A model generated the notes under the pieces. It had not been told where the DNA came from. It did not search any database and saw only the letters and a program-made list of their open reading frames with translations. A stretch of DNA of 64,000 nucleotides from Chloroflexota bacterium (lineage in GTDB: Bacteria; Chloroflexota; Limnocylindria; Limnocylindrales; CSP1-4). This document shows positions 28,353 through 38,748 of the stretch, piece after piece (the first letter of the stretch is position 1; every line of letters starts with the position of its first letter). Location: NCBI GenBank assembly GCA_017881905.1, contig JADGQI010000172.1, positions 6,841 through 70,840 on the forward strand, given 5' to 3'. Both the position numbers and the translations under genes were made by a program.

Positions 28353-29470
28353 CCAGCCGCTTCCCGCCGATCGCGGTCCTCCTCGGCGGGCCGTCCGCCG
28401 AGCACGACGTGTCGGTCGTGTCCGGGAGTGCCGTCGCCGATGCACTCGAGGACCTCGGCCACCGAGTCGAGCGGCACCTCATCGACCTCGACGGCCGGTG
28501 GTGGCGACTGCCCGCGGGGTCGCGCGGTCCGGCCGACCCGCCATCGGCGTGGGACGACCCGGTCGCGATCGGAGCGATCGGTCCCGAGTCGGCCGCCGCA
28601 GCGATCGGGCGTCTCGCGGACGCTGACGCGGCGCCCGTCGTGTTCATCGCCCTGCACGGTCCGTTCGGCGAGGACGGCACGGTCCAGGCGCTCCTCGAGG
28701 CGGCGCGGCTGCCCTACACCGGATCCGCCGTCGCGGCGTCGGCGATCGGGATGGACAAGGCGATCTTCAAGCGCCTGTGCCGGGGGATCGGCCTGCCGAT
28801 CGCCGACTGGCGCGAGATCCGGTCCGACCGCTGGGCGGCCGATCGGGCGGGCGTCCTCGGCGAGCTCGAGGCGTTCGCGTCGGGGACCGGCGACCCGCGT
28901 CTCATGGTCAAGCCGGCCCGTCTCGGGAGCTCGGTCGGGATGACCCTGGCCCACGTCGAGGCTGAGCGTGCTCCGGCGATCGAGCTCGCGCTGCGTCACG
29001 ACACGCTCGTCCTGGCCGAGGCGTACGTGGCCGGCGCCCGGGACCTCGAGGTCGCCGTCATCGGCAACGATCCGGCCCGGCTCGAGCTGTATGGGCCGGG
29101 CGAGATCGTCGCGGGTCACGAGTTCTACGACTACGCCGCGAAGTACACGCTGGGACTGTCCCGGACGACGCCGACGGCCGACGTCGACCCGGTCACCCGG
29201 GCGACGATCCTCAAGATCGCCCGGGACTGCTATCGCGCCATCGGCGCCGAGGGGTTCGCCCGGATCGATTTCCTGCTCAACCCGGAGGGCGTCGCGCTGT
29301 CCGAGATCAACACGATCCCGGGGTTCACCCCGATCAGCCTGTTCCCGGTCATGGCCGCGCTGGGCGGGCACAGCTTCGGCGCCGTCGCCGAGCGCATCGT
29401 CGAGCTGGCGCTGGAACGTCACGCCGGCGCCGTCCGTCCGCGGCTGACCCCAGCGGACCTGCCCCGATGA
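28349..29470 (+). CDS. ddl: D-alanine--D-alanine ligase
   Basis: ORF 28349..29470. IAVLLGGPSAEHDVS and the ATP-grasp motifs VFIALHGPFGEDG, ARIDFLL, EINTIPGFT. Confidence 0.9.
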   Translation: MTSRFPPIAVLLGGPSAEHDVSVVSGSAVADALEDLGHRVERHLIDLDGRWWRLPAGSRGPADPPSAWDDPVAIGAIGPESAAAAIGRLADADAAPVVFIALHGPFGEDGTVQALLEAARLPYTGSAVAASAIGMDKAIFKRLCRGIGLPIADWREIRSDRWAADRAGVLGELEAFASGTGDPRLMVKPARLGSSVGMTLAHVEAERAPAIELALRHDTLVLAEAYVAGARDLEVAVIGNDPARLELYGPGEIVAGHEFYDYAAKYTLGLSRTTPTADVDPVTRATILKIARDCYRAIGAEGFARIDFLLNPEGVALSEINTIPGFTPISLFPVMAALGGHSFGAVAERIVELALERHAGAVRPRLTPADLPR

Positions 29471-30342
29471 GCGGACGGCGGACGAGCCGCCCGGCCACCC
29501 GACGGTCGAGCCGGCGCGGTCCGGACATCCGACGCGCCTCGGCGGGGATGAACCGGACCCGATCGCTCGCTCTGCTCGTGCTCATCGGCTCGGGCCTGGC
29601 CATCTACGGCGTCAGCGCGAGCCCGGCGTTCGGCTATCGAACGCTGGACATCGTCGGCGCCGACCGCACCGACGAGGCGATCGTCCGGTCCGAGCTCTCG
29701 GTCGAGGACGGCAGCAATCTCTTCCGGCTGTCGACCGACGGGATGAGCGAGCGGCTTCGGGCGCTACCGACCGTCGCGGGCGCGTCGATCGAGATCGCCC
29801 TGCCCGACACGCTCCGGGTCCACCTGACCGAGCGGCAGGCCGTCGTCGTCTGGCAGGTCGGCAACGAGCGCTTCCTGGTCGATGCCGACGGGCTGGTCTT
29901 CGCCGACGCCACCACCACCCCGGGCCTGCCGGTCATCGACGACCGCCGGAGCCCGGCGACCAGATCGAGCGACGGACACGGCGGCCAGGACGGCCCGAAC
30001 GTCGCCCCGGACGTCGTCGGCATGCAGATCGGCGACACGGTCGACCCGGTCGACTTCGACGCCGCGACCCGGCTCGGGTCGCTCCTCCCGGTCGACGTCG
30101 GCAGCGGCGCGGCCGGGCTGCACGTCCGGATCGACGACGCGACCGGGTTCAGCGTCGATACCGGCAAGGACGGCTGGTCGGCGGTCTTCGGGTACTACAC
30201 GCCGACCATCCGGAAGACGGACCTCATCCCGGGCCAGGTCCGGCTGCTCAAGAGCCTGCTCGCCGGCCGGGAGGAGACCGTCGCCACGGTCGTCCTGGCC
30301 GACGACCGCGCGGGGACGTATACGGCCAAGGTCGCGCCGTGA
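29467..30342 (+). CDS. ftsQ: cell division protein FtsQ/DivIB (POTRA domain)
   Basis: ORF 29467..30342. N-terminal TM helix and POTRA-like region YRTLDIVGADRTDEAIV. Located between ddl and ftsA. Confidence 0.8.
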   Translation: MSGRRTSRPATRRSSRRGPDIRRASAGMNRTRSLALLVLIGSGLAIYGVSASPAFGYRTLDIVGADRTDEAIVRSELSVEDGSNLFRLSTDGMSERLRALPTVAGASIEIALPDTLRVHLTERQAVVVWQVGNERFLVDADGLVFADATTTPGLPVIDDRRSPATRSSDGHGGQDGPNVAPDVVGMQIGDTVDPVDFDAATRLGSLLPVDVGSGAAGLHVRIDDATGFSVDTGKDGWSAVFGYYTPTIRKTDLIPGQVRLLKSLLAGREETVATVVLADDRAGTYTAKVAP

Positions 30343-30439
30343 CCGCCGTTCCGGGCTGCGCCGGAGGAGGCGCAGGTTGCCCGCGATCCGTCGCGTCGAG
30401 TAGCCTTGCCGAAACGATCCGACGGGAGGGCGACGCCGC

Positions 30440-30763
30440 GTGCTGCTTCCCCTGGCAGGCCTCGTTCTGGGCGTCCTGCTCGGGCTCCTCCTCCAGGTCG
30501 ATGTCAGTTTCGAGTTCGCTCGCTATTCGGCCGTCGCGATCGTCGCGGCGCTCGACTCGGTCCTCGGCGCGGTGCGCGCCGAACTCGACGGGGTCTATGA
30601 CAATCGGATCTTCATCAGCGGCTTCGTCACCAACGCGACGGTGGCCGTCCTGCTCACCTTCATCGGCGATCGACTCGGCCTGGACCTGTACCTGGTCGCG
30701 CTGATCACCTTCGGGCCACGGATCTTCAACAACGTGGCACTCATCCGCCGCCACTTCCTGTAG
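30440..30763 (+). CDS. sbp: small basic membrane protein Sbp (DUF1290-like)
   Basis: ORF 30440..30763, 107 aa. Lies between ftsQ and ftsA, as ylxX/sbp does in Firmicutes. IFISGFVTNA...IGDRLGLDLYL...FGPRIFNN. Confidence 0.55.
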   Translation: MLLPLAGLVLGVLLGLLLQVDVSFEFARYSAVAIVAALDSVLGAVRAELDGVYDNRIFISGFVTNATVAVLLTFIGDRLGLDLYLVALITFGPRIFNNVALIRRHFL

Positions 30764-30779
30764 AGGGGCAACGACGACT

Positions 30780-32012
30780 GTGGAACGAGAAGCGGTCCTG
30801 GTCGGGATCGACGTCGGGACGACGAAGGTCACCGCGCTCATCGGCGAGGTCGGCCGGGACGGCGGGCTGACGATCATCGGCAAGGGGACGGTCGCCACGA
30901 CCGGCCTCAAGAAGGGCGTGGTCGTCAACATCGAGCAGACGGTCCAGTCGATCGCCGGGGCGGTCGAGCAGGCCGAGCGTCTGTCCGGCTGGAAGATCGA
31001 CCGGGCGTTCGTGGGCGTCGGCGGCCAGCACGTCGAGAGCCAGAACTCGCGCGGCGCGGTGTCGGTCAGCGGCCACGCCAAGGAAGTGTCCCGCGAGGAC
31101 ATCAACCGCGCCACCGAGGTCGCTCGCGCGGTCAGGATCCCCTCGGATCGAGACGTGCTGCACGTCCTGCCGCGCCAGTTCATCGTCGACGGCCAGGAGG
31201 GGGTCAAGGATCCGCTCGAGATGAGCGCCGTCCGGCTCGAGGTGGAGACCCATATCGTCACGGGCTCGGCGACCGCGGTCCAGAACCTGACCAAGTGCGT
31301 CGTCGCCGGAGGGGTGAAGATCGATGAGCTCGTCGCCGACTCGCTGGCCTCCGCCGAAGCGGTCCTGAGCGAGACGGAGAAGGAGCTCGGGGTCGCCGTC
31401 GCCGATATCGGCGCCGGCACGATCGACCTCGCCCTGTTCGCCGACGGATCGCCGTTCTACACCAGCGTCCTGCCGGTCGGCGGCAACAACGTGACGATGG
31501 ACATCGCGGCGGTGATGAAGACGACCCTCCAGGTGGCCGAGGAGCTCAAGATCCACAACGGGACGTGCGACCTGCGGGCCGTCGACGCGGACGAGATGAT
31601 CAACGTCGCGATGCTCGGCGAGGAGGCCGGCCGCACGGTCAGCCGGCTCGAGCTGTGCCAGGTCATCGAAGCCCGGATGCGCGAGACGTTCGAGCTCCTC
31701 GCCAACGAGATGAAGGGGACCGGGCACGGGATGCTCCCCGCCGGGATCGTCCTGACGGGCGGCGGCGCCGAGCTGGCGGGCGCCGCCGAGCTGGGTCGCG
31801 AAGTCCTCCAGATGCCGGTCCGGATCGCCGGCCCGTCGGGCGTCGGGGGCCTGGTCGATAACCTGCTGACGCCGGCCAACAGCACGGCCATCGGCCTGCT
31901 CCGGTGGGGCGCCGTCGTCCTCGCCCAGGGTGAGCCGGGTCGCTACGAGTCGGCCCCGGCGATGGGCGGCCTCGGCCGCCTTCGCGACGCGCTCCGCAGC
32001 ATCTTCCCCTGA
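30780..32012 (+). CDS. ftsA: cell division protein FtsA
   Basis: ORF 30780..32012. Actin-like fold starting LVGIDVGTTKVTALIGE. Confidence 0.9.
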   Translation: MEREAVLVGIDVGTTKVTALIGEVGRDGGLTIIGKGTVATTGLKKGVVVNIEQTVQSIAGAVEQAERLSGWKIDRAFVGVGGQHVESQNSRGAVSVSGHAKEVSREDINRATEVARAVRIPSDRDVLHVLPRQFIVDGQEGVKDPLEMSAVRLEVETHIVTGSATAVQNLTKCVVAGGVKIDELVADSLASAEAVLSETEKELGVAVADIGAGTIDLALFADGSPFYTSVLPVGGNNVTMDIAAVMKTTLQVAEELKIHNGTCDLRAVDADEMINVAMLGEEAGRTVSRLELCQVIEARMRETFELLANEMKGTGHGMLPAGIVLTGGGAELAGAAELGREVLQMPVRIAGPSGVGGLVDNLLTPANSTAIGLLRWGAVVLAQGEPGRYESAPAMGGLGRLRDALRSIFP

Positions 32013-32189
32013 TCCTCCGGTCGACCTGGCGGGCCACCTCGCCCGCGACCGGTGCGCGCTCACACCTCGACGAGGGTCGATCTGCCCCGACGTCTTGACC
32101 CGGCGCTATACTCCGTCGACATCTCCAGAGCGCGCACCCCCTGACCAACCACCACGAACGACCCGGCACGTACCACCGGAGGAGAGGCG

Positions 32190-33398
32190 ATGTCGCTGCG
32201 ATCCGATTCCGAGAACTTCGCCCTGATCCGCGTGGTGGGTGTCGGTGGTGGCGGGAGCAATGCCGTCAACCGGATGATCCGGGCCGAGATGATGGGTGTC
32301 GAGTTCATCGCCTGCAACACCGATGCCCAGGCGCTCCTCCAGTCGGACGCGCCGCACAAGATCCGGGTCGGCGACAAGATCACCCGCGGCCTCGGCGCCG
32401 GCGGGGATGCGTCGATCGGCCAGCGGGCAGCGGAGGAGGACTCGGAGCGGGTCGCCGACGCACTGCGCGATTCGGACATGGTCTTCATCACGGCCGGGAT
32501 GGGCGGCGGGACGGGCTCCGGCGCCGCCCCGGTCATCGCCCAGATCGCCAAGGAGATGGGCGCCCTCACGATCGGCATCGTGACCAAGCCGTTCTCGTTC
32601 GAGGGCAACCGACGCAAGCTCGTCGCCGAGAAGGCGACCGAGGAGCTCAAGGCGAACGTCGACACCCTCATCACGATCCCCAACGACCGACTCAAGGACG
32701 TCGTCCAGAAGAACACCTCGATCGTCGACGCCTTCCGGGTCGTCGACGACGTGCTCCGCCAGGGCGTCCAGGGGATCAGCGACATCATCACCGTCCCGGG
32801 CCTGATCAACCTCGACTTCGCGGACGTCCGGACGATCATGAAGGACGCAGGATCGGCGCTCATGGGCATCGGCCGGGCGTCGGGTGAGAACCGCGCGGTG
32901 GAGGCCGCCCAGCAGGCGATCGCGAGCCCGCTCCTCGAGGTCAGCATCGCCGGGGCCCAGGGGATCCTGTTCAACATCACCGGCTCGTCGAACCTGAGCC
33001 TGTACGAGGTCACCGAGGCGGCCGAGGCCATCAAGGAAGCCGCCGACCCGGAGGCCAACATCATCTTCGGGACGAGCTTCAACGAGCGGCTCGGGGACGA
33101 AGTCCAGATCACGGTGATCGCCACCGGCTTCGACGCCGGTCGCAAGCGTGACGCCGCCCGCCAGGCGGCTTCCGGGTCCGCATGGGAGGTCCAGGGAACC
33201 GCGCGGCCGACCTCCCGCGACTTCCTCGAGGAGCTCGATCGTCAGCGCGCGGCCAACGCCGGCGACCTCGACGGCGGAGCCGCCGCCGCGGCGGTCCGGG
33301 TCGAGCGGACCGTGGCCGTCTCTCCGGCGCCCGTGCAGCGCGCCCAGATCGATCCGGACGACCTCGAGATCCCGAGCTTCCTCCGCCGCGGCAAGTAG
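32190..33398 (+). CDS. ftsZ: cell division GTPase FtsZ
   Basis: ORF 32190..33398. Tubulin signature [22 protein letters not shown], and a disordered C-terminal linker. GGAGGAGAGG RBS upstream. Confidence 0.95.
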   Translation: MSLRSDSENFALIRVVGVGGGGSNAVNRMIRAEMMGVEFIACNTDAQALLQSDAPHKIRVGDKITRGLGAGGDASIGQRAAEEDSERVADALRDSDMVFITAGMGGGTGSGAAPVIAQIAKEMGALTIGIVTKPFSFEGNRRKLVAEKATEELKANVDTLITIPNDRLKDVVQKNTSIVDAFRVVDDVLRQGVQGISDIITVPGLINLDFADVRTIMKDAGSALMGIGRASGENRAVEAAQQAIASPLLEVSIAGAQGILFNITGSSNLSLYEVTEAAEAIKEAADPEANIIFGTSFNERLGDEVQITVIATGFDAGRKRDAARQAASGSAWEVQGTARPTSRDFLEELDRQRAANAGDLDGGAAAAAVRVERTVAVSPAPVQRAQIDPDDLEIPSFLRRGK

Positions 33399-33408
33399 CC
33401 CGCCGCCG

Positions 33409-34188
33409 GTGACCGCCGGCAGTCCTCCGACGGAGCTCGACCCGACCGCCGTCGTCGGCCTCGCGGCCGCACGTCGACAGGTCCTCGACCGCATCGCTGA
33501 AGCCTGTGCCGGCGTCGGCCGCGATCCTGCGGACGTCGCGCTGGTCGCCGTCTCGAAGACGGTGTCGGTGGACCGCGTCCGCGTCGCTGTGGCCGCGGGC
33601 CTGACCGTCCTGGGCGAGAACCGCGTCCAGGACGGCGCGGCGAAGGCCGACGCCCTGCCCGACGCGACGTGGCATCTCATCGGCCCGCTCCAGTCGAACA
33701 AGGCCCGGCGCGCGATCGAGGCCTTCGACGTCATCGAGTCGATCGATTCGCTCGATCTCGCCCGTCGCCTCGATCGGCTGACCCGGGAGGTCCGCGGACT
33801 GCCGGCGACCGGGGCGGTCCCCGACGACAAGCGGCTGCCGGTCCTGTTCCAGGTGAACGTCGACGTCGATCCGGCCAAGGCCGGCTTCCAGCCGACCGAC
33901 CTCGCCGCCGCCCTGCCCGCCCTCCTCGAGTTGGGAGCGCTCCGACCCGACGGCCTGATGACGATCGGCCGGCTGGTCGACGAGCCGGAGGCGGCCCGAC
34001 CGACCTTCCGAGCGCTGGGCCGTCTCGCCTCCGAGCTGCGCGAGGCGCATCCGCGGCTCGGCCCCGAGATGTCGATGGGCATGAGTGACGACTACCCGGT
34101 GGCGGTCCAGGAAGGCGCGACGATCGTCCGGGTCGGGCGCGCGTTGTTCGGCGATCGACCCTCGCCGGGGACGCCGGGTGCCGGCTGA
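33409..34188 (+). CDS. YggS/YlmE-family pyridoxal-phosphate homeostasis protein
   Basis: In-frame part of ORF 33148..34188, starting at the GTG at 33409 (aa index 87), 11 nt after the ftsZ stop. The fold is alanine racemase N-terminal-like (VAVSKT...LIGPLQSNK). Confidence 0.8.
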   Translation: MTAGSPPTELDPTAVVGLAAARRQVLDRIAEACAGVGRDPADVALVAVSKTVSVDRVRVAVAAGLTVLGENRVQDGAAKADALPDATWHLIGPLQSNKARRAIEAFDVIESIDSLDLARRLDRLTREVRGLPATGAVPDDKRLPVLFQVNVDVDPAKAGFQPTDLAAALPALLELGALRPDGLMTIGRLVDEPEAARPTFRALGRLASELREAHPRLGPEMSMGMSDDYPVAVQEGATIVRVGRALFGDRPSPGTPGAG

Positions 34189-34459
34189 CGCCCGGTTCAT
34201 CGTGCGGCTGACGCCGCGTGGGGGAGCGGACCGAGTCGACGGTGTCGGGACGGACGGCGTGCTCCGGGCGCGGGTCACCGCGCCGCCGGTGGACGAGGCG
34301 GCCAACCGTGCGCTCATCCGCCTGCTCGCGGATGAGCTCGACGTCGCGGCGGGCCGGGTGTCGATCGTGTCCGGGGCCGGCGCCCGGAGCAAGACCGTCG
34401 TCATCGAGTCGCTCGGGCCGGAGGCGATCCTTGCCCGCTGGCCGGGCCTCCGGCTATGA
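34178..34459 (+). CDS. DUF167 (YggU-like) protein
   Basis: ORF 34085..34459. GTG at 34178 (VPADARFIVRLTPRGGADRVDGV...SIVSGAGARSKTVVI). Overlaps the yggS-like stop. Confidence 0.7.
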   Translation: MPADARFIVRLTPRGGADRVDGVGTDGVLRARVTAPPVDEAANRALIRLLADELDVAAGRVSIVSGAGARSKTVVIESLGPEAILARWPGLRL

Positions 34460-34495
34460 TCGACCGGCTCGGGCACGGCGCCCGGGAGCATCCGG

Positions 34496-34572
34496 GGGCG
34501 ATTGGCTCAGTCGGTTAGAGCGCGCGGTTCACATCCGCGAGGTCACTGGTTCGAATCCAGTATCGCCCACCA
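34496..34572 (+). tRNA. tRNA-Val (anticodon CAC), CCA encoded
   Basis: Cloverleaf folded by hand. Acceptor GGGCGAU/AUCGCCC, D-stem GCUC/GAGC, anticodon stem CGCGG/CCGCG with loop UUCACAU, T-loop UUCGAAU. A TATGAT -10-like element lies ~35 nt upstream. Coordinates +/-1. Confidence 0.85.
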
Positions 34573-34590
34573 TCACCCCGAATGGCCTCG

Positions 34591-37338
34591 CTAGGTCGTG
34601 GCGACCCCCGCGAGGCGGCGGAGGACGGCCGGCAGGATGCCGCCCTGGCGGAAGTAGTCGACCTCGATCGGGCCGTCGAGCCGGGCGATGACCTCGAACC
34701 GGCGCGCGACCCCGCCGTCCGGGGTCGCGACCACAGCCAGCCTCGCGCGGGGTGCCGGCCCGCCCGCCAGCCCTTCGATCGTGTAGCGCTCGCGACCGGT
34801 CAGCCCGAGCGAGGCCGCGCTCTGGTCGGGCAGGAACTGGAGCGGCAGGACGCCCATCCCCACGAGGTTCGATCGGTGGATCCGCTCATAGCTCTCGGCC
34901 AGGACGGCGCGGACGCCGAGGAGCCGGGTGCCCTTCGCCGCCCAGTCGCGCGATGACCCCGAGCCGTATTCGCGTCCTGCGATGACGAGGAGCGGGACGC
35001 CCTCGGTCGCATAGCGCTCGGCGGCGTCGTAGATGAACGTCTCCGCGCCGTCGGGCAGGTGGACCGTGAACGGACCCTCGCGGCCGTCGGCCAGGCGGTT
35101 GCGCAGGCGGATGTTGGCGAACGTGCCCCGGATCATGACCTCGTGCTGACCGCGCCGGGCGCCATAGGAGTTGAACTCGAGCGGGCCCACCCCGTGTGCC
35201 TGGAGCCACTGACCGGCCGGTGAGGACGGGGCGATCGATCCGGCCGGCGAGATGTGGTCGGTCGTGACCGAGTCGCCGAGGACCGCCAGCACGCGGGCGC
35301 CGACGATGTCCGCGACCGGATCGGGTTCGGCGCGGAGCCCGTCGAAGAACGGCGGCCGCGCGATGTAGGTCGAGCCGGGATCCCAGGCGAACCGGTCGCC
35401 CGCGGGCACCGGCAGGGCGCGCCAGCGGTCGTCGCCCTCGAAGACGGTAGCGTAGGTCGCGCGGAACAGCTCGGGCGAGATCGCCGAGCCGATGACCGAC
35501 CGGATCTCCTCGGGGCTCGGCCAGACATCGTCGAGGAAGACGGGCCGGCCGTCGTCACCGATCCCCAGCGGCTCCTTGGTCAGGTCGATGTCGACCCGCC
35601 CGGCGAGGGCGAAGGCGACGACCAGCGGCGGCGAGGCGAGATAGCTCGCCCGTGCGAGCGGGTGGATCCGACCCTCGAAGTTCCGATTGCCCGACAGGAC
35701 GGCGGCGACGACCAGGTCGTGGTCCTCGACGGCCGCCGCGACCGGGGCGTCGAGCGGCCCAGAGTTCCCGATGCAGGTCGTGCAGCCGTAGCCGGCCAGG
35801 GCGAACCCGAGCCGGCCGAGCGGGTCCATCAGGCCCGCGGCCTCGAGGTAGCCGGTGACCGCCTTCGAGCCCGGGGCCAGCGACGTCTTGACCGTCGGTC
35901 CGACGGTCAGACCGCGGGCGACGGCATTGCGGGCGAGCAGGCCCGCCCCGACCATGACCGTCGGGTTCGACGTGTTCGTGCATGAGGTGATCGCGGCGAT
36001 GGCCACCGATCCCGAACGGACGGTGGCCGAGCGGCCGTCGACCTCGATCGCGATGGCGCCGTCGGGTCCGTCGACCGGTCCGCCTTCGTCGTCCATCCGG
36101 GCGGCCTCGGACGCGGCGCTCGATCCGGCGGCCGACACGGTCTGCGGGAACGACGTCCGGAAGGAATCGCGCAGGTCCGACAGCAGGACGCGGTCCTGCG
36201 GGCGCCGCGGTCCGGCGACCGACGGCTCGACGCCGGCCAGGTCGAGCTCGAGATCCGCGTCGAAGTCGGGACCGCGGCCTGGCTCGCGCCATAGGCCTTG
36301 CGCCCGCGCGTAGCGCTCGACCAGCTCGATCCGGTCGGCCGACCGACCGGTCAGACGGAGGTAGGCCAGCGTCTCGTCGTCGATCGGGAAGAGCGTCGAG
36401 GTCGCCCCGAACTCGGGGCTCATGTTGGCGATCGTGGCCCGGTCCGCCAGGGCCAGCGAGGCGAGCCCGTCGCCGGCGAACTCGACGAAGGCACCGACCA
36501 CCCCGAACCCGCGGAGCAGCTCGGTGACGACCAGGACGAGGTCGGTCGCGGTCGAGCCGCGCGGCAACTCCCCGTGGAGGCGGACGCCGACCACCCGCGG
36601 CATCGGCTGGTAGAGCGGCTGGCCGAGCAGCACGGCCTCGGCCTCGATCCCTCCGACGCCGTAGCCGAGGACGCCGAGCCCGTTGATCATCGTGGTGTGT
36701 GAATCGGTCCCGACGAGCGTGTCCGGGAAGGCGACCCGCCCGTCGGCGTCGGCGCGGTCGGCGACGACCGTCGCCAGGAACTCGAGGTTCACCTGGTGGA
36801 CGATGCCTGTCCCCGGCGGGACGACCCGCAGGTCGCGGAACGCCGACTGCGCCCAGCGGAGCAGGGCATAGCGCTCGCCGTTGCGCTCGTACTCGCGCTC
36901 GACGTTGAAAGCGAAGGCGCCGGGCGTGCCGAACCGGTCGACCTGGACCGAGTGATCGATGACGAGGTCGGCCGGGACGAGTGGATTGACCTTGCCGGGA
37001 TCCCCGCCGAGGTCGGCCATCGCGTCGCGCATGACCGCCAGGTCGACGACCGCCGGGACGCCGGTGAAGTCCTGGAGGATGACCCGTGACGGCATGAACG
37101 GGATCTCGACCTCGGAGGTCCCGCCGGCTCCGGGGCGCCACGCCGCGAGCGTCTCGACATCGGAGCTCGTGACGATCCCGCGACCGGCGTGCCGGAGCGC
37201 GTTCTCGAGCAGGATCTTGACCGTCAGCGGGGTCCGTTCGAGGTCCAGCCCGAGCGACGCGAGGGCGCCCAGCCGGTACATGTCGGGCAGCCCCGGACCG
37301 AGGCTCGTCCGGGCGTCGAAGGGGTCGCGGACCGACAC
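34591..37338 (-). CDS. acnA: aconitate hydratase A
   Basis: ORF 34591..37338, 915 aa. N-terminus FDARTSLGPGLPDMYRL. Aconitase Fe-S and swivel domains are present. Confidence 0.9.
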   Translation of the reverse strand: MSVRDPFDARTSLGPGLPDMYRLGALASLGLDLERTPLTVKILLENALRHAGRGIVTSSDVETLAAWRPGAGGTSEVEIPFMPSRVILQDFTGVPAVVDLAVMRDAMADLGGDPGKVNPLVPADLVIDHSVQVDRFGTPGAFAFNVEREYERNGERYALLRWAQSAFRDLRVVPPGTGIVHQVNLEFLATVVADRADADGRVAFPDTLVGTDSHTTMINGLGVLGYGVGGIEAEAVLLGQPLYQPMPRVVGVRLHGELPRGSTATDLVLVVTELLRGFGVVGAFVEFAGDGLASLALADRATIANMSPEFGATSTLFPIDDETLAYLRLTGRSADRIELVERYARAQGLWREPGRGPDFDADLELDLAGVEPSVAGPRRPQDRVLLSDLRDSFRTSFPQTVSAAGSSAASEAARMDDEGGPVDGPDGAIAIEVDGRSATVRSGSVAIAAITSCTNTSNPTVMVGAGLLARNAVARGLTVGPTVKTSLAPGSKAVTGYLEAAGLMDPLGRLGFALAGYGCTTCIGNSGPLDAPVAAAVEDHDLVVAAVLSGNRNFEGRIHPLARASYLASPPLVVAFALAGRVDIDLTKEPLGIGDDGRPVFLDDVWPSPEEIRSVIGSAISPELFRATYATVFEGDDRWRALPVPAGDRFAWDPGSTYIARPPFFDGLRAEPDPVADIVGARVLAVLGDSVTTDHISPAGSIAPSSPAGQWLQAHGVGPLEFNSYGARRGQHEVMIRGTFANIRLRNRLADGREGPFTVHLPDGAETFIYDAAERYATEGVPLLVIAGREYGSGSSRDWAAKGTRLLGVRAVLAESYERIHRSNLVGMGVLPLQFLPDQSAASLGLTGRERYTIEGLAGGPAPRARLAVVATPDGGVARRFEVIARLDGPIEVDYFRQGGILPAVLRRLAGVATT

Positions 37339-37393
37339 GGATCATCCTTCGCTGGGGTGGCTAGAATCGTCGGATGGAAGCGTACCCCGAACG

Positions 37394-38419
37394 ATGAAGG
37401 CCTGGCGCGACCGGGGACGTGAGGACGACGACGAGAAGCTGGCGGCGCTCGAGGCCGCCGGGATCGAGCTGGACCCGCCGCCGCGCGGCCACGATCACGC
37501 CGACGGCCTGCCGCACGACCACCCCCACCCCCACCAGCATTCGTCGGCCGGCGAGCCGCCGCTGATCGGGATCGTCGGGGCCGGCTCCGTTGGCTCTGCG
37601 CTGGGTGTCGCGCTGACCCGGGCCGGCTGGCCGATCGCCGCGGTCGCGAGTCGCGATGCGGTCCGGCGCGAGCGGTTCCGCGAGCTGGTGGGCGGGACGC
37701 GGGCGTTCGTCGAGGTCACGCCGCTGCTCGACGAGGTCGAGCTCATCATCCTCGCCGTTCCCGACGACGCCGTCCCGACGGTCGCCGAAGGGATCCGGTT
37801 GTACAGCGGCCAGGCGCTCATCCATACCAGCGGGGCGCTCGGGGTGGAGGTCCTCGAGCCGGCGATGGCCGCTGGGACGCAGATCGGCAGCTTCCACCCG
37901 CTGGTCGCCTTCGCCGACCTCGAGCGGGCGGTCGCCGCCCTCCACGGTGCGACCGTGGCGGTCGAAGGGGACGATCAGCTCGTGGCGATGCTGGCCGACA
38001 TGGCCCGGGCCATCGGCGCCGACCCGGTCCGCCTCGCGCCGGGCACGAAAGCCGCGTATCACGCCGCCGCGGTGCTCGCCGCGGGCGGGTTCGTGGCCCT
38101 GCTCGACGCGATCGCCGAGCTCGGGCGGGTGGCCGGTCTCGACGAGGCCGGCAGCCTGGCCATCTACGGACCGCTGATCGAGCAGACCCTCGGCAATGCC
38201 CGGGCACTCGGCATCCGCGCCGCGCTCACCGGACCCATGACGCGGGGCGACATCGGGACGCTCGAGCGTCATCTGGCGACCCTGGCGACGGACGCACCCG
38301 ACGTGCTGCCCCTGTATCGCGCTGCCGCCGAGCGGGAGATCGCCCTGGCCGAGGCCCGTGGCGCGCTGACACCGGACGTTTCCGGACGGCTCCGGACCGC
38401 CCTTGCAAACACTCCCTGA
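37394..38419 (+). CDS. Rossmann-fold NADP oxidoreductase-like / DUF2520 family protein with a His-rich N-terminal extension
   Basis: In-frame part of ORF 36959..38419. ATG at 37394, aa index 145. IGIVGAGSVGSALGVAL dinucleotide-binding motif. The N-terminus carries HDHADGLPHDHPHPHQH. Confidence 0.65.
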   Translation: MKAWRDRGREDDDEKLAALEAAGIELDPPPRGHDHADGLPHDHPHPHQHSSAGEPPLIGIVGAGSVGSALGVALTRAGWPIAAVASRDAVRRERFRELVGGTRAFVEVTPLLDEVELIILAVPDDAVPTVAEGIRLYSGQALIHTSGALGVEVLEPAMAAGTQIGSFHPLVAFADLERAVAALHGATVAVEGDDQLVAMLADMARAIGADPVRLAPGTKAAYHAAAVLAAGGFVALLDAIAELGRVAGLDEAGSLAIYGPLIEQTLGNARALGIRAALTGPMTRGDIGTLERHLATLATDAPDVLPLYRAAAEREIALAEARGALTPDVSGRLRTALANTP

Positions 38420-38748
38420 AACGGTAGGATTGGGGACATGCAGCATTCCATCGCCGCCCGCTACGCGGCTCGCCCGGCGGCGCGTTTCGTGGGTGCCCCG
38501 TCCCGGGCACGCGAACGCCGACTGGGGCTCCGCGCGACGGTGACGTTCCGGGCCACGCAGGCCCGGCCGACGGTGCTGCGCCATCCGGACCCCCCGCTTC
38601 TCCAGCGGGTGCGAGCTCGCTGGCGGTCGATGACCGTGGCCCAGCCACGGCCCGTCACCAGCGGCCGGATCCGCCCGGTCGTGTCGATGCGCTGGTCGCG
38701 CCCCAGCGGTCCCGTTCGCGAAGGCCGCTCGAGCGCCGCATCGGCGCC

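Noticed and set aside
34460-34600. tRNA-Val as an integration site for a mobile element
   Set aside because: The flanks are core genes (a DUF167 gene and acnA) with an 18-nt spacer. There is no integrase, no direct repeat of the tRNA 3' end, and no compositional shift.
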